Assembly: GCA_017549265.1 (NCBI GenBank)
Contig: JAFYVF010000008.1
Coordinates: 1-36,974, forward strand
Reading direction: 5' to 3'
Length of the DNA: 36,974 nucleotides
From: Clostridia bacterium
GTDB lineage: Bacteria > Bacillota > Clostridia > UMGS1840
The position numbers were made by a program, and so were the translations under genes. The number at the start of each line of letters is the position of its first letter. The stretch's first letter is position 1. Positions 25,575 through 34,947 of this stretch are shown piece after piece. The notes beneath the pieces were generated by a model. It did not search any database and was not told the DNA's origin. It saw only the letters and a program-made list of their open reading frames with translations.

Positions 25575-25651
25575 TGGCGCGCCTTGAGGGACTCGAACCC
25601 CCGACATTTCGGTTCGTAGCCGAACCCTCTATCCAGCTGAGGTAAAGGCGC
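25575..25651 (-). tRNA. tRNA-Arg (anticodon ACG), CCA encoded
   Basis: Folded by hand. Acceptor GCGCCTT/AAGGCGC, D arm CCTC-AGCTGGATA-GAGG, anticodon arm TTCGG-CTACGAA-CCGAA, T arm GGGGG-TTCGAGT-CCCTC (4 Watson-Crick pairs plus one G-T), G plus CCA. Confidence 0.92.
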
Positions 25652-25680
25652 ATACAAACTTTTATGTTTGCAACAGTGGT

Positions 25681-25709
25681 ATTATATCAAAAGAAAGTTG
25701 GTTTGTCAA
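25681..25709 (-). promoter_or_regulatory. sigma-A-type promoter for tRNA-Arg (TTGACA-17-TATAAT)
   Basis: Minus-strand TTGACA (25704-25709), 17-nt spacer, TATAAT (25681-25686). Confidence 0.6.
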
Positions 25710-25727
25710 TGTTTTTTTTGATTTCTA

Positions 25728-25756
25728 TTGAATTTTTTTGGAAAATATGCTACACT
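25728..25756 (+). promoter_or_regulatory. sigma-A-type promoter (TTGAAT-17-TACACT) for the yqeG-like operon
   Basis: TTGAAT at 25728-25733, 17-nt spacer, TACACT at 25751-25756. Confidence 0.5.
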
Positions 25757-25764
25757 TGGGAGTG

Positions 25765-25788
25765 GAAGTGAGAAATTTTTCTCACTTC
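25765..25788 (+). promoter_or_regulatory. 24-nt palindrome (11-bp arms) at about +2 of the transcript, either a 5'-terminal hairpin or an operator
   Basis: GAAGTGAGAAA-TT-TTTCTCACTTC read directly. No T run follows, so it is not a terminator. Confidence 0.5.
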
Positions 25789-25832
25789 TGAAAATCAAAA
25801 AAGCCTGAATCAGACTTTGAGAGGAATTTTTT

Positions 25833-26306
25833 ATGAGCATGCAACCGGATTTTCTTTTAAAGAATGTGGAGGAGGTTACTCCCGCATTTTTAAAATTGAA
25901 TAATGTCCGCCTTCTGATTTTCGATGCAGATGCCACCTTGATTTTGGCGCAGAGTGATTCCATTCTGCCCGAACGTGTTACACTGGTAGAAGAAATCCGA
26001 AAATCAGGCGTTCGCGTGATGGTTGCATCCAACGGGAAAACCACCCGTATTGAAAAAGCTTTCGGCGAGCACAAAATCGAGGCTCATGGGTATTCCTTAA
26101 AGCCTTTGCCTTTTCGCTTAAAAAAGCATCTGAAAGGTTATGATAAAAAAGAGGTGCTTTTGGTGGGAGACCAGTTTTTTACCGATATTTTATGTGCAAA
26201 ATTGCTTAGAATCCGATGTGCGATGGTGGAACCGTACGGTCCCGATCAGGGGCGAGGGATGAAACTTCGCCGATGGTTTGAGAAAAAAATAATCAAAAGG
26301 AAATAG
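25833..26306 (+). CDS. yqeG: YqeG-family HAD-IIIA phosphatase
   Basis: 157 aa with a DxDxT motif (FDADAT), SNG, and a LVGDQ.FTDI motif typical of the YqeG family. Confidence 0.8.
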   Translation: MSMQPDFLLKNVEEVTPAFLKLNNVRLLIFDADATLILAQSDSILPERVTLVEEIRKSGVRVMVASNGKTTRIEKAFGEHKIEAHGYSLKPLPFRLKKHLKGYDKKEVLLVGDQFFTDILCAKLLRIRCAMVEPYGPDQGRGMKLRRWFEKKIIKRK

Positions 26307-26313
26307 AGTTACT

Positions 26314-27165
26314 ATGAGTATTATCTTTGGTCCCGGCGGCAATAGTGAACAGTATTATGACGACGGATACAAATCTTCGTTAGACCGTCCCGAATATCTT
26401 GCTAAAATTGGCTTAAACGGCTATGAATATCAGTGCAATAAAGGCGTTCATATTTCTATGGACAGTGCCCGCATATTAGGAGAAGAAGCAAAAAAACACG
26501 GGGTGCATCTGTCTATTCACAGTCAGTATTATGTAAGTCTTTCTTCCACAGAAGCAGAAAAACGGGAGAAAAGCGTGGAGTACCTTTTGGCTTGTTTTCG
26601 GGTGGCAAAAGAAATGGGTGCCGACCGTATTGTGGTTCATTCCGGCTCCTGTGCCAAAATGACCAGAGCTAAGGCATACGAGCTGTCTTTGGATACCCTG
26701 CATAAAACCTTGGCACGAGCCAAAGAAGAAGGATACGAAGGAATTTATCTTTGTCCCGAGGTGATGGGAAAAATCAATCAGTTAGGGGATTTTGACGAAG
26801 TGATAAAACTTTGTACTACTCACGAAATGCTTCTTCCTGCCATTGATTTTGGACATCTTAATTGCAGAACTTTGGGAAGCTTGAAAACCAAAGAAGATTA
26901 CCTTACCTTGCTGAATAAAATGGAGAAAAAGTTGGGCAGAGAGAAAGCAAAAATCTTTCATTGTCATTTCTCCAAAATTGAGTATACCAATCAGGGGGAA
27001 AAACGGCATCTGACTTTTGAAGATACCCAGTTCGGTCCTGACTACGAGCCCTTTTTAGAAGCGGTTTATGAAAAAGGGTTCACACCCATGATTATCTGTG
27101 AATCTGCAGGCACACAGGATAAGGATGCCCTTAGTATGGCAAATTATTTTAACAATCTGAAATAA
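26314..27165 (+). CDS. TIM-barrel protein of the endonuclease IV / xylose-isomerase-like family
   Basis: 283 aa. The spacing of putative metal ligands resembles Nfo-type enzymes (..SIHSQYY.., ..VVHSG.., ..CPEV.., ..IDFGHLN.., ..HCHFS.., ..ICES..). The assignment was made by eye. Confidence 0.65.
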   Translation: MSIIFGPGGNSEQYYDDGYKSSLDRPEYLAKIGLNGYEYQCNKGVHISMDSARILGEEAKKHGVHLSIHSQYYVSLSSTEAEKREKSVEYLLACFRVAKEMGADRIVVHSGSCAKMTRAKAYELSLDTLHKTLARAKEEGYEGIYLCPEVMGKINQLGDFDEVIKLCTTHEMLLPAIDFGHLNCRTLGSLKTKEDYLTLLNKMEKKLGREKAKIFHCHFSKIEYTNQGEKRHLTFEDTQFGPDYEPFLEAVYEKGFTPMIICESAGTQDKDALSMANYFNNLK

Positions 27166-27175
27166 GGAATACGAT

Positions 27176-28237
27176 ATGAAACAGTTTTATGAATCACGTC
27201 TTCAGAAATTACGGGCACAACTGACCGAGCAGGAAGGAATTTTAGTCAGTGACCCGAAGAATTGTTTTTATTTTTCGGGAATCAATTCTTCCAATATTCA
27301 TTTGTATATCACCCATCATAAAGCATATTTGTTAACCGATTTTCGTTATGAAACGGCGGCAAAGGAAAATGAAGCAGGTTTTACTGTGGTAACCGAAGGG
27401 TCTTTGGTATCCAAGTTAAAAGAGTTGATGACAGAATCTACTGTCTATATTGAGCAACAGTTTTTAACCGTTCATTTTTATAAAATGCTCTTAGACCATT
27501 TTCCCAATACCAATTTTCCCAATGTGAAGTCTATGATTATGGATTTACGTTTGGTGAAAGATGCTTCTGAATTATTCAAACTTCAGCAGGCGCAACGAAT
27601 TGCGGACACCGCATATTTAAAAATGCTTTCTTTTGTAAAGAAAGGTGTCACAGAGCAGGATTTAAAAGCGGAGCTGGAATATCAGATGGCAAAATTAGGA
27701 GCACAGAAAACCTCTTTTGATACGATTATTTTATTCGGAGATCATGCGGCAATGCCCCATGGGGAACCTTCTCAGAGGAGGTTGGTGGCAGGAGATGCTC
27801 TGCTTTGTGATTTCGGATGTGTGTATGAGGGGTATTGCTCTGATGTGACAAGAACTGCATTTTTCGGACAAGTTTCCGAAAAAGCAAAACATGCTTACGA
27901 AACGGTATTGACCGCACATAAAATGGCTTGGGAATTTATCGGTGTGGGCAAAGCCTGCGCTGATGCAGATAAAATCGCCCGTGAATATATCGAGGGAAAA
28001 GGATATGTAGGTGTGTTCGGACATAGCTTGGGACACGGCGTTGGTGTGAAAATTCACGAACATCCTACCATAGGGCAATCCAGTACCGAAATTTTCGAGA
28101 ATGGAATGGTCTTTTCCAACGAACCCGGGATTTATCTGCCGGGAGAATTCGGCATCCGTATTGAAGATACCTGCTATCTGGAAGACGGGAAACTCTATTC
28201 CACCACCAAGCTGGAGAAGGAACTGACAATTTTATAA
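27176..28237 (+). CDS. M24-family Xaa-Pro aminopeptidase/dipeptidase
   Basis: 353 aa with pita-bread metal ligands in CDFG..Y.GYCSDVTRT, GHSLGHGVG, SNEPGIY and IRIED. Confidence 0.85.
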   Translation: MKQFYESRLQKLRAQLTEQEGILVSDPKNCFYFSGINSSNIHLYITHHKAYLLTDFRYETAAKENEAGFTVVTEGSLVSKLKELMTESTVYIEQQFLTVHFYKMLLDHFPNTNFPNVKSMIMDLRLVKDASELFKLQQAQRIADTAYLKMLSFVKKGVTEQDLKAELEYQMAKLGAQKTSFDTIILFGDHAAMPHGEPSQRRLVAGDALLCDFGCVYEGYCSDVTRTAFFGQVSEKAKHAYETVLTAHKMAWEFIGVGKACADADKIAREYIEGKGYVGVFGHSLGHGVGVKIHEHPTIGQSSTEIFENGMVFSNEPGIYLPGEFGIRIEDTCYLEDGKLYSTTKLEKELTIL

Positions 28238-28240
28238 GAT

Positions 28241-28272
28241 AAAAAAGCTGTTGCGATTGCAACAGCTTTTTT
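28241..28272. terminator. Bidirectional rho-independent terminator between convergent genes
   Basis: AAAAAAGCTGTTGC-GATT-GCAACAGCTTTTTT. Confidence 0.8.
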
Positions 28273-28276
28273 GTTG

Positions 28277-28666
28277 TTACTTTTGTAATTTTCCGTCACA
28301 TCTTGTCTGAAATTTTTCTTTCATAACAATGAAACGAGTGTGAGTTCCCTCTGCGATTTTTTCCACTTCGTCGTGTGCTTCCATAGAGAACACGATTTTT
28401 CGTCCTTCCCATTCGGTCACGGTGGCGGACACGGTCACATTCATTCCAACGGGGGTGGCGGCTAAGTGTTTTACATTCATTTCGGTGCCCACCGTGGCGG
28501 TGCCGTCTTCCAGATAGGGGAAGCATAGCTCATGTGCTGCTTTTTCCAGCATTGCCACTAAATAGGGTGTGGATAACACCCGTGCATTTCCGCTTTCCAA
28601 GGTGATTGCGGTATGGTTTTCGGTTACGGTGAACTGATGTTTGTTGGTTACGCCGATTGCATTCAT
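28277..28666 (-). CDS. Hotdog-fold thioesterase family protein
   Basis: 129 aa. Its size and pattern (..TVGTEMNVKHLAATPVG..V.A.V....GRK..F...A) are typical of small acyl-CoA thioesterases. AAGGAG RBS upstream. Confidence 0.7.
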   Translation of the reverse strand: MNAIGVTNKHQFTVTENHTAITLESGNARVLSTPYLVAMLEKAAHELCFPYLEDGTATVGTEMNVKHLAATPVGMNVTVSATVTEWEGRKIVFSMEAHDEVEKIAEGTHTRFIVMKEKFQTRCDGKLQK

Positions 28667-28680
28667 ATTAAAAAATCTCC

Positions 28681-31038
28681 TTATTTCATTTCACAAATAG
28701 TAACCCCTGCTTCGCCCTCGCCGAAGTTTCCTAAACGGAAGGATTTTACCGATTTGTTTTTCTTAAGCAACTGATGGATGCCTGCACGAAGCACTCCTGT
28801 GCCTTTCCCGTGAATAATCACCACGGAGGGAATGTTGGCTAATACTGCATCGTCAATGAATTTTTCGGTCACATATTCCGCTTCTTCCAGATTCATACCC
28901 CGAAGGTCTAATTCGGGACGAATTTCTTTGCCTCTTGCACTTGCATTCCGATAGGGACTGTGTTGCTGTTTTTGCTTTTTCGCTTCGCAGCGGGACAGAT
29001 TTGCGATGTTGGTTTTAATACGCATAATCCCTGCCAAAACTGTCAGATTGCCTTTGTCGTCCGGCAGAATATCCACGGTAACGGGGGTATCAAAATCATC
29101 CATCATCACCGTCATACCGATTTTTATTTCTTTGGTGGTTAAGGGGTTTTGCTTTTTCTTTTCTTCGTTGGCAAGTTTCTGCGCCTGTTTCTGCCGTTCT
29201 TCTGCCAGTTGTTTTCTGGCTTCCCCAACGGCTTTGGCACGGTCTCGCTGGTTTTTGGCTTCCTGATTTAATTTTTGAATAATGCCTTCTGCTTTTTCCT
29301 GGGCTTCTTCAATAATTTCCATCGCCTGCATTCGTGCTTTTTCAATAATTTCACGGTTTTTCGCCAACGCATCATCTTTTTTGGAAGACAATTCTTCTTC
29401 TAAAACACGAATCTTCTCTTTTAAAAGTTCCGCTTCCTGTTGGTCACGTTCTGCTTTGATTCTCTGCTCGTCAATCACGGTTAACACATCTTCAAAACGG
29501 ATGGCATCGGCGGAGAGCCGTTTTTCGGCTGCCTCTAAAACTTCGTCTGATAGGCCTAAACGCTTGGAAATAGCAAAGGCGTTACTTTTCCCGGGCATAC
29601 CCATAATGAGGCGATATGTGGGCATCAGCGTTTCCACAGAGAACTCTAAGGAGGCATTCTGCACGCCACTTTGGGAAAGTGCATATAATTTCAGCTCAGG
29701 ATAGTGAGTGGTTGCTGCCACGGTCATACCCCGTTTGCGTAAATACTCAATAATTTCAATGGCAAGAGCCGCACCCTCGGTGGGGTCGGTGCCTGCACCT
29801 AATTCGTCAAAGAGAGCAAGGCTTCCGAAGGTGGCATTTTTTAGAATAGACACAATTCTCGTCATATGAGAGGAGAATGTGGATAACGACTGTTCAATGC
29901 TCTGCTCGTCACCGATATCGGCAAAAATTTGTTCATACACTGCGATTTCGCTTCCCATAAATACCGGGATGGCAAAACCGCTTTGCACCATTAGCGTGAG
30001 AAGTCCCAATGTTTTTAAAGACACGGTTTTTCCGCCCGTGTTGGGACCTGTAATCACCAAAGTGTCACATCCGTCGCCGATTTCAATGTCAATGGGAACG
30101 GCGTTTTCGGGATTTAACAGAGGGTGACGTGCTTTTTTTAAATTGATTTTGCCCTGGTCATTTAACAGCGGAATTTCGCCTTTTACATGACGGCTGTATT
30201 TGGCTTTTGCAAAGATGAAATCCAAATCTAAAATCAGTCCGTAAGCAACTTCAATTTCTTCCCAGATGCCCGATAGCTGACCGCTTAAATAAATGAGGAT
30301 TTTTGCGATTTCTTCTTTTTCTTTGGATTCTAAATCACGAAGCTCATTATTTAAGGTGACGATTGCCATGGGTTCAATAAACACGGTGGCTCCTGAATCG
30401 GAAGAATCATGCACTAACCCCGGAATTTCGTTTCGGTATTCCTGCTTTACGGGTAACACATAACGGTCATTTCGTAAGGTAACTGCCGCATTTTGCAGGA
30501 ATTTTTTATAGTTTTGTGAATTGGTGAATTTCTGCAGAGTTTCTTTGATTTTGTTGTTGGCAGAAATTTTTTGCCGGCGGATTTTATAAAGCTCGTCGCT
30601 GGCATTGTCTGACACTTCGTCTTCCGAAATAATCTTCATAAAAATTTCGTCTTCCAACCGTTTTTGTGCGGTGAGACGATATTCGTAATCAGAGAAAATT
30701 TCGGTTTTGTTATCACCAAAATATTCTTTCAGTGAGCGGGAAGATTTTAGAAGACTGGCGGTGGATAACAGCTCTTTTTGAGACAGGGAACCACCGATGG
30801 ACAATCGTTTGATAATGGCTCTCATTTCTCCAAAAGCGTCAATGGGAGGACTTCCTGCTTTCACCAAAAGAGACATTGCCGCTTCTGTTTGGCTAAGCAA
30901 ACGGGAAACAGCGCCTAAAGATGTTTCTGCTTGGAGGGAACGAATGTTTTCTTTGGTTTCTTCCAACACGGCATATTCTTTGGCGCGGTTTAAAATTTTA
31001 TCAAATTCTAAAGTTTGAAATACAGTTTTTGTTTCCAA
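28681..31038 (-). CDS. mutS2: Endonuclease MutS2 (MutS-II ATPase with a C-terminal Smr domain)
   Basis: GPNTGGKTV, DELGAGTDP, a coiled-coil region and the Smr motifs LDLRG...HGKGTGVLR. I start at TTG 31036-31038 (AAAGGA 9 nt upstream), which gives LEFDKI near the N-terminus. The longer track ORF overlaps the upstream gene. Confidence 0.9.
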   Translation of the reverse strand: METKTVFQTLEFDKILNRAKEYAVLEETKENIRSLQAETSLGAVSRLLSQTEAAMSLLVKAGSPPIDAFGEMRAIIKRLSIGGSLSQKELLSTASLLKSSRSLKEYFGDNKTEIFSDYEYRLTAQKRLEDEIFMKIISEDEVSDNASDELYKIRRQKISANNKIKETLQKFTNSQNYKKFLQNAAVTLRNDRYVLPVKQEYRNEIPGLVHDSSDSGATVFIEPMAIVTLNNELRDLESKEKEEIAKILIYLSGQLSGIWEEIEVAYGLILDLDFIFAKAKYSRHVKGEIPLLNDQGKINLKKARHPLLNPENAVPIDIEIGDGCDTLVITGPNTGGKTVSLKTLGLLTLMVQSGFAIPVFMGSEIAVYEQIFADIGDEQSIEQSLSTFSSHMTRIVSILKNATFGSLALFDELGAGTDPTEGAALAIEIIEYLRKRGMTVAATTHYPELKLYALSQSGVQNASLEFSVETLMPTYRLIMGMPGKSNAFAISKRLGLSDEVLEAAEKRLSADAIRFEDVLTVIDEQRIKAERDQQEAELLKEKIRVLEEELSSKKDDALAKNREIIEKARMQAMEIIEEAQEKAEGIIQKLNQEAKNQRDRAKAVGEARKQLAEERQKQAQKLANEEKKKQNPLTTKEIKIGMTVMMDDFDTPVTVDILPDDKGNLTVLAGIMRIKTNIANLSRCEAKKQKQQHSPYRNASARGKEIRPELDLRGMNLEEAEYVTEKFIDDAVLANIPSVVIIHGKGTGVLRAGIHQLLKKNKSVKSFRLGNFGEGEAGVTICEMK

Positions 31039-31054
31039 ATCAAAAAATCCTTTC

Positions 31055-31996
31055 TTACGGGGTGGGCATGGTGAAGTGAATCGGTTCCACGCGGGAAGAA
31101 AGAGCTTCAAAACGGTAGCCTCTGTCTTTCATAATGTGGATATATTCTCTTACCAAATCAGCAATCCAGGGGTTTTTATCGGTATCGTGCATCAGCGCGA
31201 TGATGCGGGTTTTCTTTTCGGAATATTTTAACAGTGCTTCCAACTGCTCTTCATAGGTTTTGGCACTGGAAGCATCCTCACTTGTGACGTTCCAATCGTG
31301 GTACACAAATCCCCGTCCTTCCATTTCGGTAACCAAATCCCAAATGAGATGACGGTTATAGGAATTCACGCTTCCGCCGGGAAATCGGAAAATACGGGGG
31401 CGGTATCCCGTGGCACTCCAGATGTTGTGGTAGCTTCTTGAAAAATCTGCCAGGAAAGATTCCATATTCCAGTAAACATACTGATATGTATGACTGTCGG
31501 AATGTACGCCTAAGGTATGTCCGTCCTTATAAGCTTGCCTTAGAATTTCGGGATATTTGTCTTCTAAAATGAAGAAGGTGGCAGGAACACATTCTTCCCG
31601 TAACACATCTAAAAGAGCAGGAGTAGAACCGGACGGACCGTCATCAAAGGTCAGATAAATTGTGTATTCTTCCGAAACATCAAATTCCTGATTGGGGTTG
31701 TCTCCATATAACTCAGGATACGGGTCGTCCGGGATGGAAGAAACAAGCAATTCCTTTGGCTCTGCCGTGGGGAAAGGAGTGGGAGACGGAGTTTGCACCG
31801 GGGAAAGTGATGGTTCGGGAGTGGGTTCTTCCGGTGTGTGTGCATGGGGGGATGCATCTGCGGAAATGACGGTTACAGCTTCGCCGTTTGGAGGCAGTTT
31901 CAAACACTGTACCATGGCGGTAAGAAAGCAAACAAAAAGCAGTAACAAGACCGCAATCATCCAATATAATTTACGGGGTGGTGTTTTGTGGGTCAT
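31055..31996 (-). CDS. Membrane-anchored polysaccharide deacetylase (NodB domain)
   Basis: N-terminal TM helix, a Pro/Thr/Ser-rich linker, and all five NodB motifs (TFDDGP, HSDSH, RFPGG, HDWN, IIALMHD). Confidence 0.85.
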   Translation of the reverse strand: MTHKTPPRKLYWMIAVLLLLFVCFLTAMVQCLKLPPNGEAVTVISADASPHAHTPEEPTPEPSLSPVQTPSPTPFPTAEPKELLVSSIPDDPYPELYGDNPNQEFDVSEEYTIYLTFDDGPSGSTPALLDVLREECVPATFFILEDKYPEILRQAYKDGHTLGVHSDSHTYQYVYWNMESFLADFSRSYHNIWSATGYRPRIFRFPGGSVNSYNRHLIWDLVTEMEGRGFVYHDWNVTSEDASSAKTYEEQLEALLKYSEKKTRIIALMHDTDKNPWIADLVREYIHIMKDRGYRFEALSSRVEPIHFTMPTP

Positions 31997-32043
31997 TACA
32001 GGCTCCTTCGGATACCCCTATGAAAGAGGGGTGTTTTCAAAAA

Positions 32044-32073
32044 CAGTATACTACACTCAAGAAAATTTATCAA
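32044..32073 (-). promoter_or_regulatory. sigma-A-type promoter (TTGATA-18-TATACT) for the deacetylase-mutS2-thioesterase unit
   Basis: Minus-strand TTGATA (32068-32073) and TATACT (32044-32049). Confidence 0.45.
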
Positions 32074-32189
32074 TAGCTTTTTCGTTTTTCCTGTTTTTTT
32101 CTTTCACACGGTGAAAAACTTTCGCATAAAATGAATTATCAGCGCTACAGATAGGGCATTTTGGGAAGAAAAGCGGGGAGGCTGCAAAG

Positions 32190-32537
32190 ATGAGAGAAGC
32201 ATTTTTTTACGGATGCATGCTGTTTTTTTCGGCATATGGTATTTTTTCGTTGGTTTTCTTTTTGAGAGATTTTTACGCAGAGAAAAAGTATTTGCGGGGG
32301 AAGTGTATTTACACCCTTCTTGTGTTAGGGGAGGAGGAGCTTTATCCGGAAGAAATGATCAAGGCTTTGATATTTAAGGACTATAAGAATGACACGGGTA
32401 TTTGCGAACACAAAATCTTAGTAATTCCCGAGGAAGAATCAGGTTGTAACGCCAAGAGAATTCAAAGGATTTTTGAGAGAGAAACCGAGGTTTCTGTCAT
32501 TGGGAAGGAAGAACTGTTGGAGCATCTTTGCAGGTAG
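32190..32537 (+). CDS. Hypothetical membrane-anchored small protein
   Basis: 115 aa with GGAGG 8 nt upstream of the ATG. It has one N-terminal hydrophobic segment followed by an acidic soluble domain. I recognise no family. Confidence 0.5.
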   Translation: MREAFFYGCMLFFSAYGIFSLVFFLRDFYAEKKYLRGKCIYTLLVLGEEELYPEEMIKALIFKDYKNDTGICEHKILVIPEEESGCNAKRIQRIFERETEVSVIGKEELLEHLCR

Positions 32538-32590
32538 GAGATTTTTCCTTATTTTTCGGGAAATTTTCGGGAATTTTTTTGCAAAAACTC

Positions 32591-32619
32591 TTTACATTTT
32601 ACAGGTTTTGTGTTAGAAT
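32591..32619 (+). promoter_or_regulatory. sigma-A-type promoter (TTTACA-17-TAGAAT, TG extended) for remB-gyrB-gyrA
   Basis: TTTACA at 32591-32596, 17-nt spacer, TAGAAT at 32614-32619. Confidence 0.5.
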
Positions 32620-32710
32620 AATATAGGTGTATTGTTTTTATATTTTTTCATTTTTCCCGTAGGGAAAAATGAAAGTCTTTCCCAATAGAAAAAAGAGAGG
32701 TGGAGGAACG

Positions 32711-32965
32711 GTGTATCTTCATATCGGAAATGATTTTGTGTTAAACGAGCAGGATATTATCGGCGTATTCGATTTTGACCATATTTCCGAATCCCCCTCC
32801 ACCATGGAATATTTAAAATTATTGGAAGCAGATGACCGATTGATTCCTGTATCAGACGAAATCCCGAAATCCTTTGTATTAGCTGTGAAGGACGGGGTGG
32901 AAATCGGGTATTTATCGCCGTTGGCTTCCCGTACCATACAAAACAGAAAAGGTCTTATGTTCTAA
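32711..32965 (+). CDS. remB: DUF370-family protein (RemB-like) preceding gyrB
   Basis: 84 aa from GTG 32711 (GGAGG upstream). VYLHIGNDFVLNEQDIIGVFDFD is typical of the DUF370 family, and the position immediately upstream of gyrB is conserved in Bacillota. Confidence 0.75.
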   Translation: MYLHIGNDFVLNEQDIIGVFDFDHISESPSTMEYLKLLEADDRLIPVSDEIPKSFVLAVKDGVEIGYLSPLASRTIQNRKGLMF

Positions 32966-32994
32966 CGAATGAGAAATCCCATAAGAAAGGATGA

Positions 32995-34923
<1,929 letters not shown>

Positions 34924-34947
34924 TGTGTCAGAAAGGAAGAACAGTTT

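Noticed and set aside
25345-25653. 102-aa minus-strand ORF
   Set aside because: It is read straight through tRNA-Arg and its terminator, so it is an artefact.
31039-31110. Longer MutS2 N-terminus (MKLFLPAWNRFTSPCPP...)
   Set aside because: It would overlap the last 56 nt of the deacetylase gene and adds non-MutS2 sequence. TTG 31038 with an AAAGGA RBS puts the conserved LEFDKI motif at the usual position.
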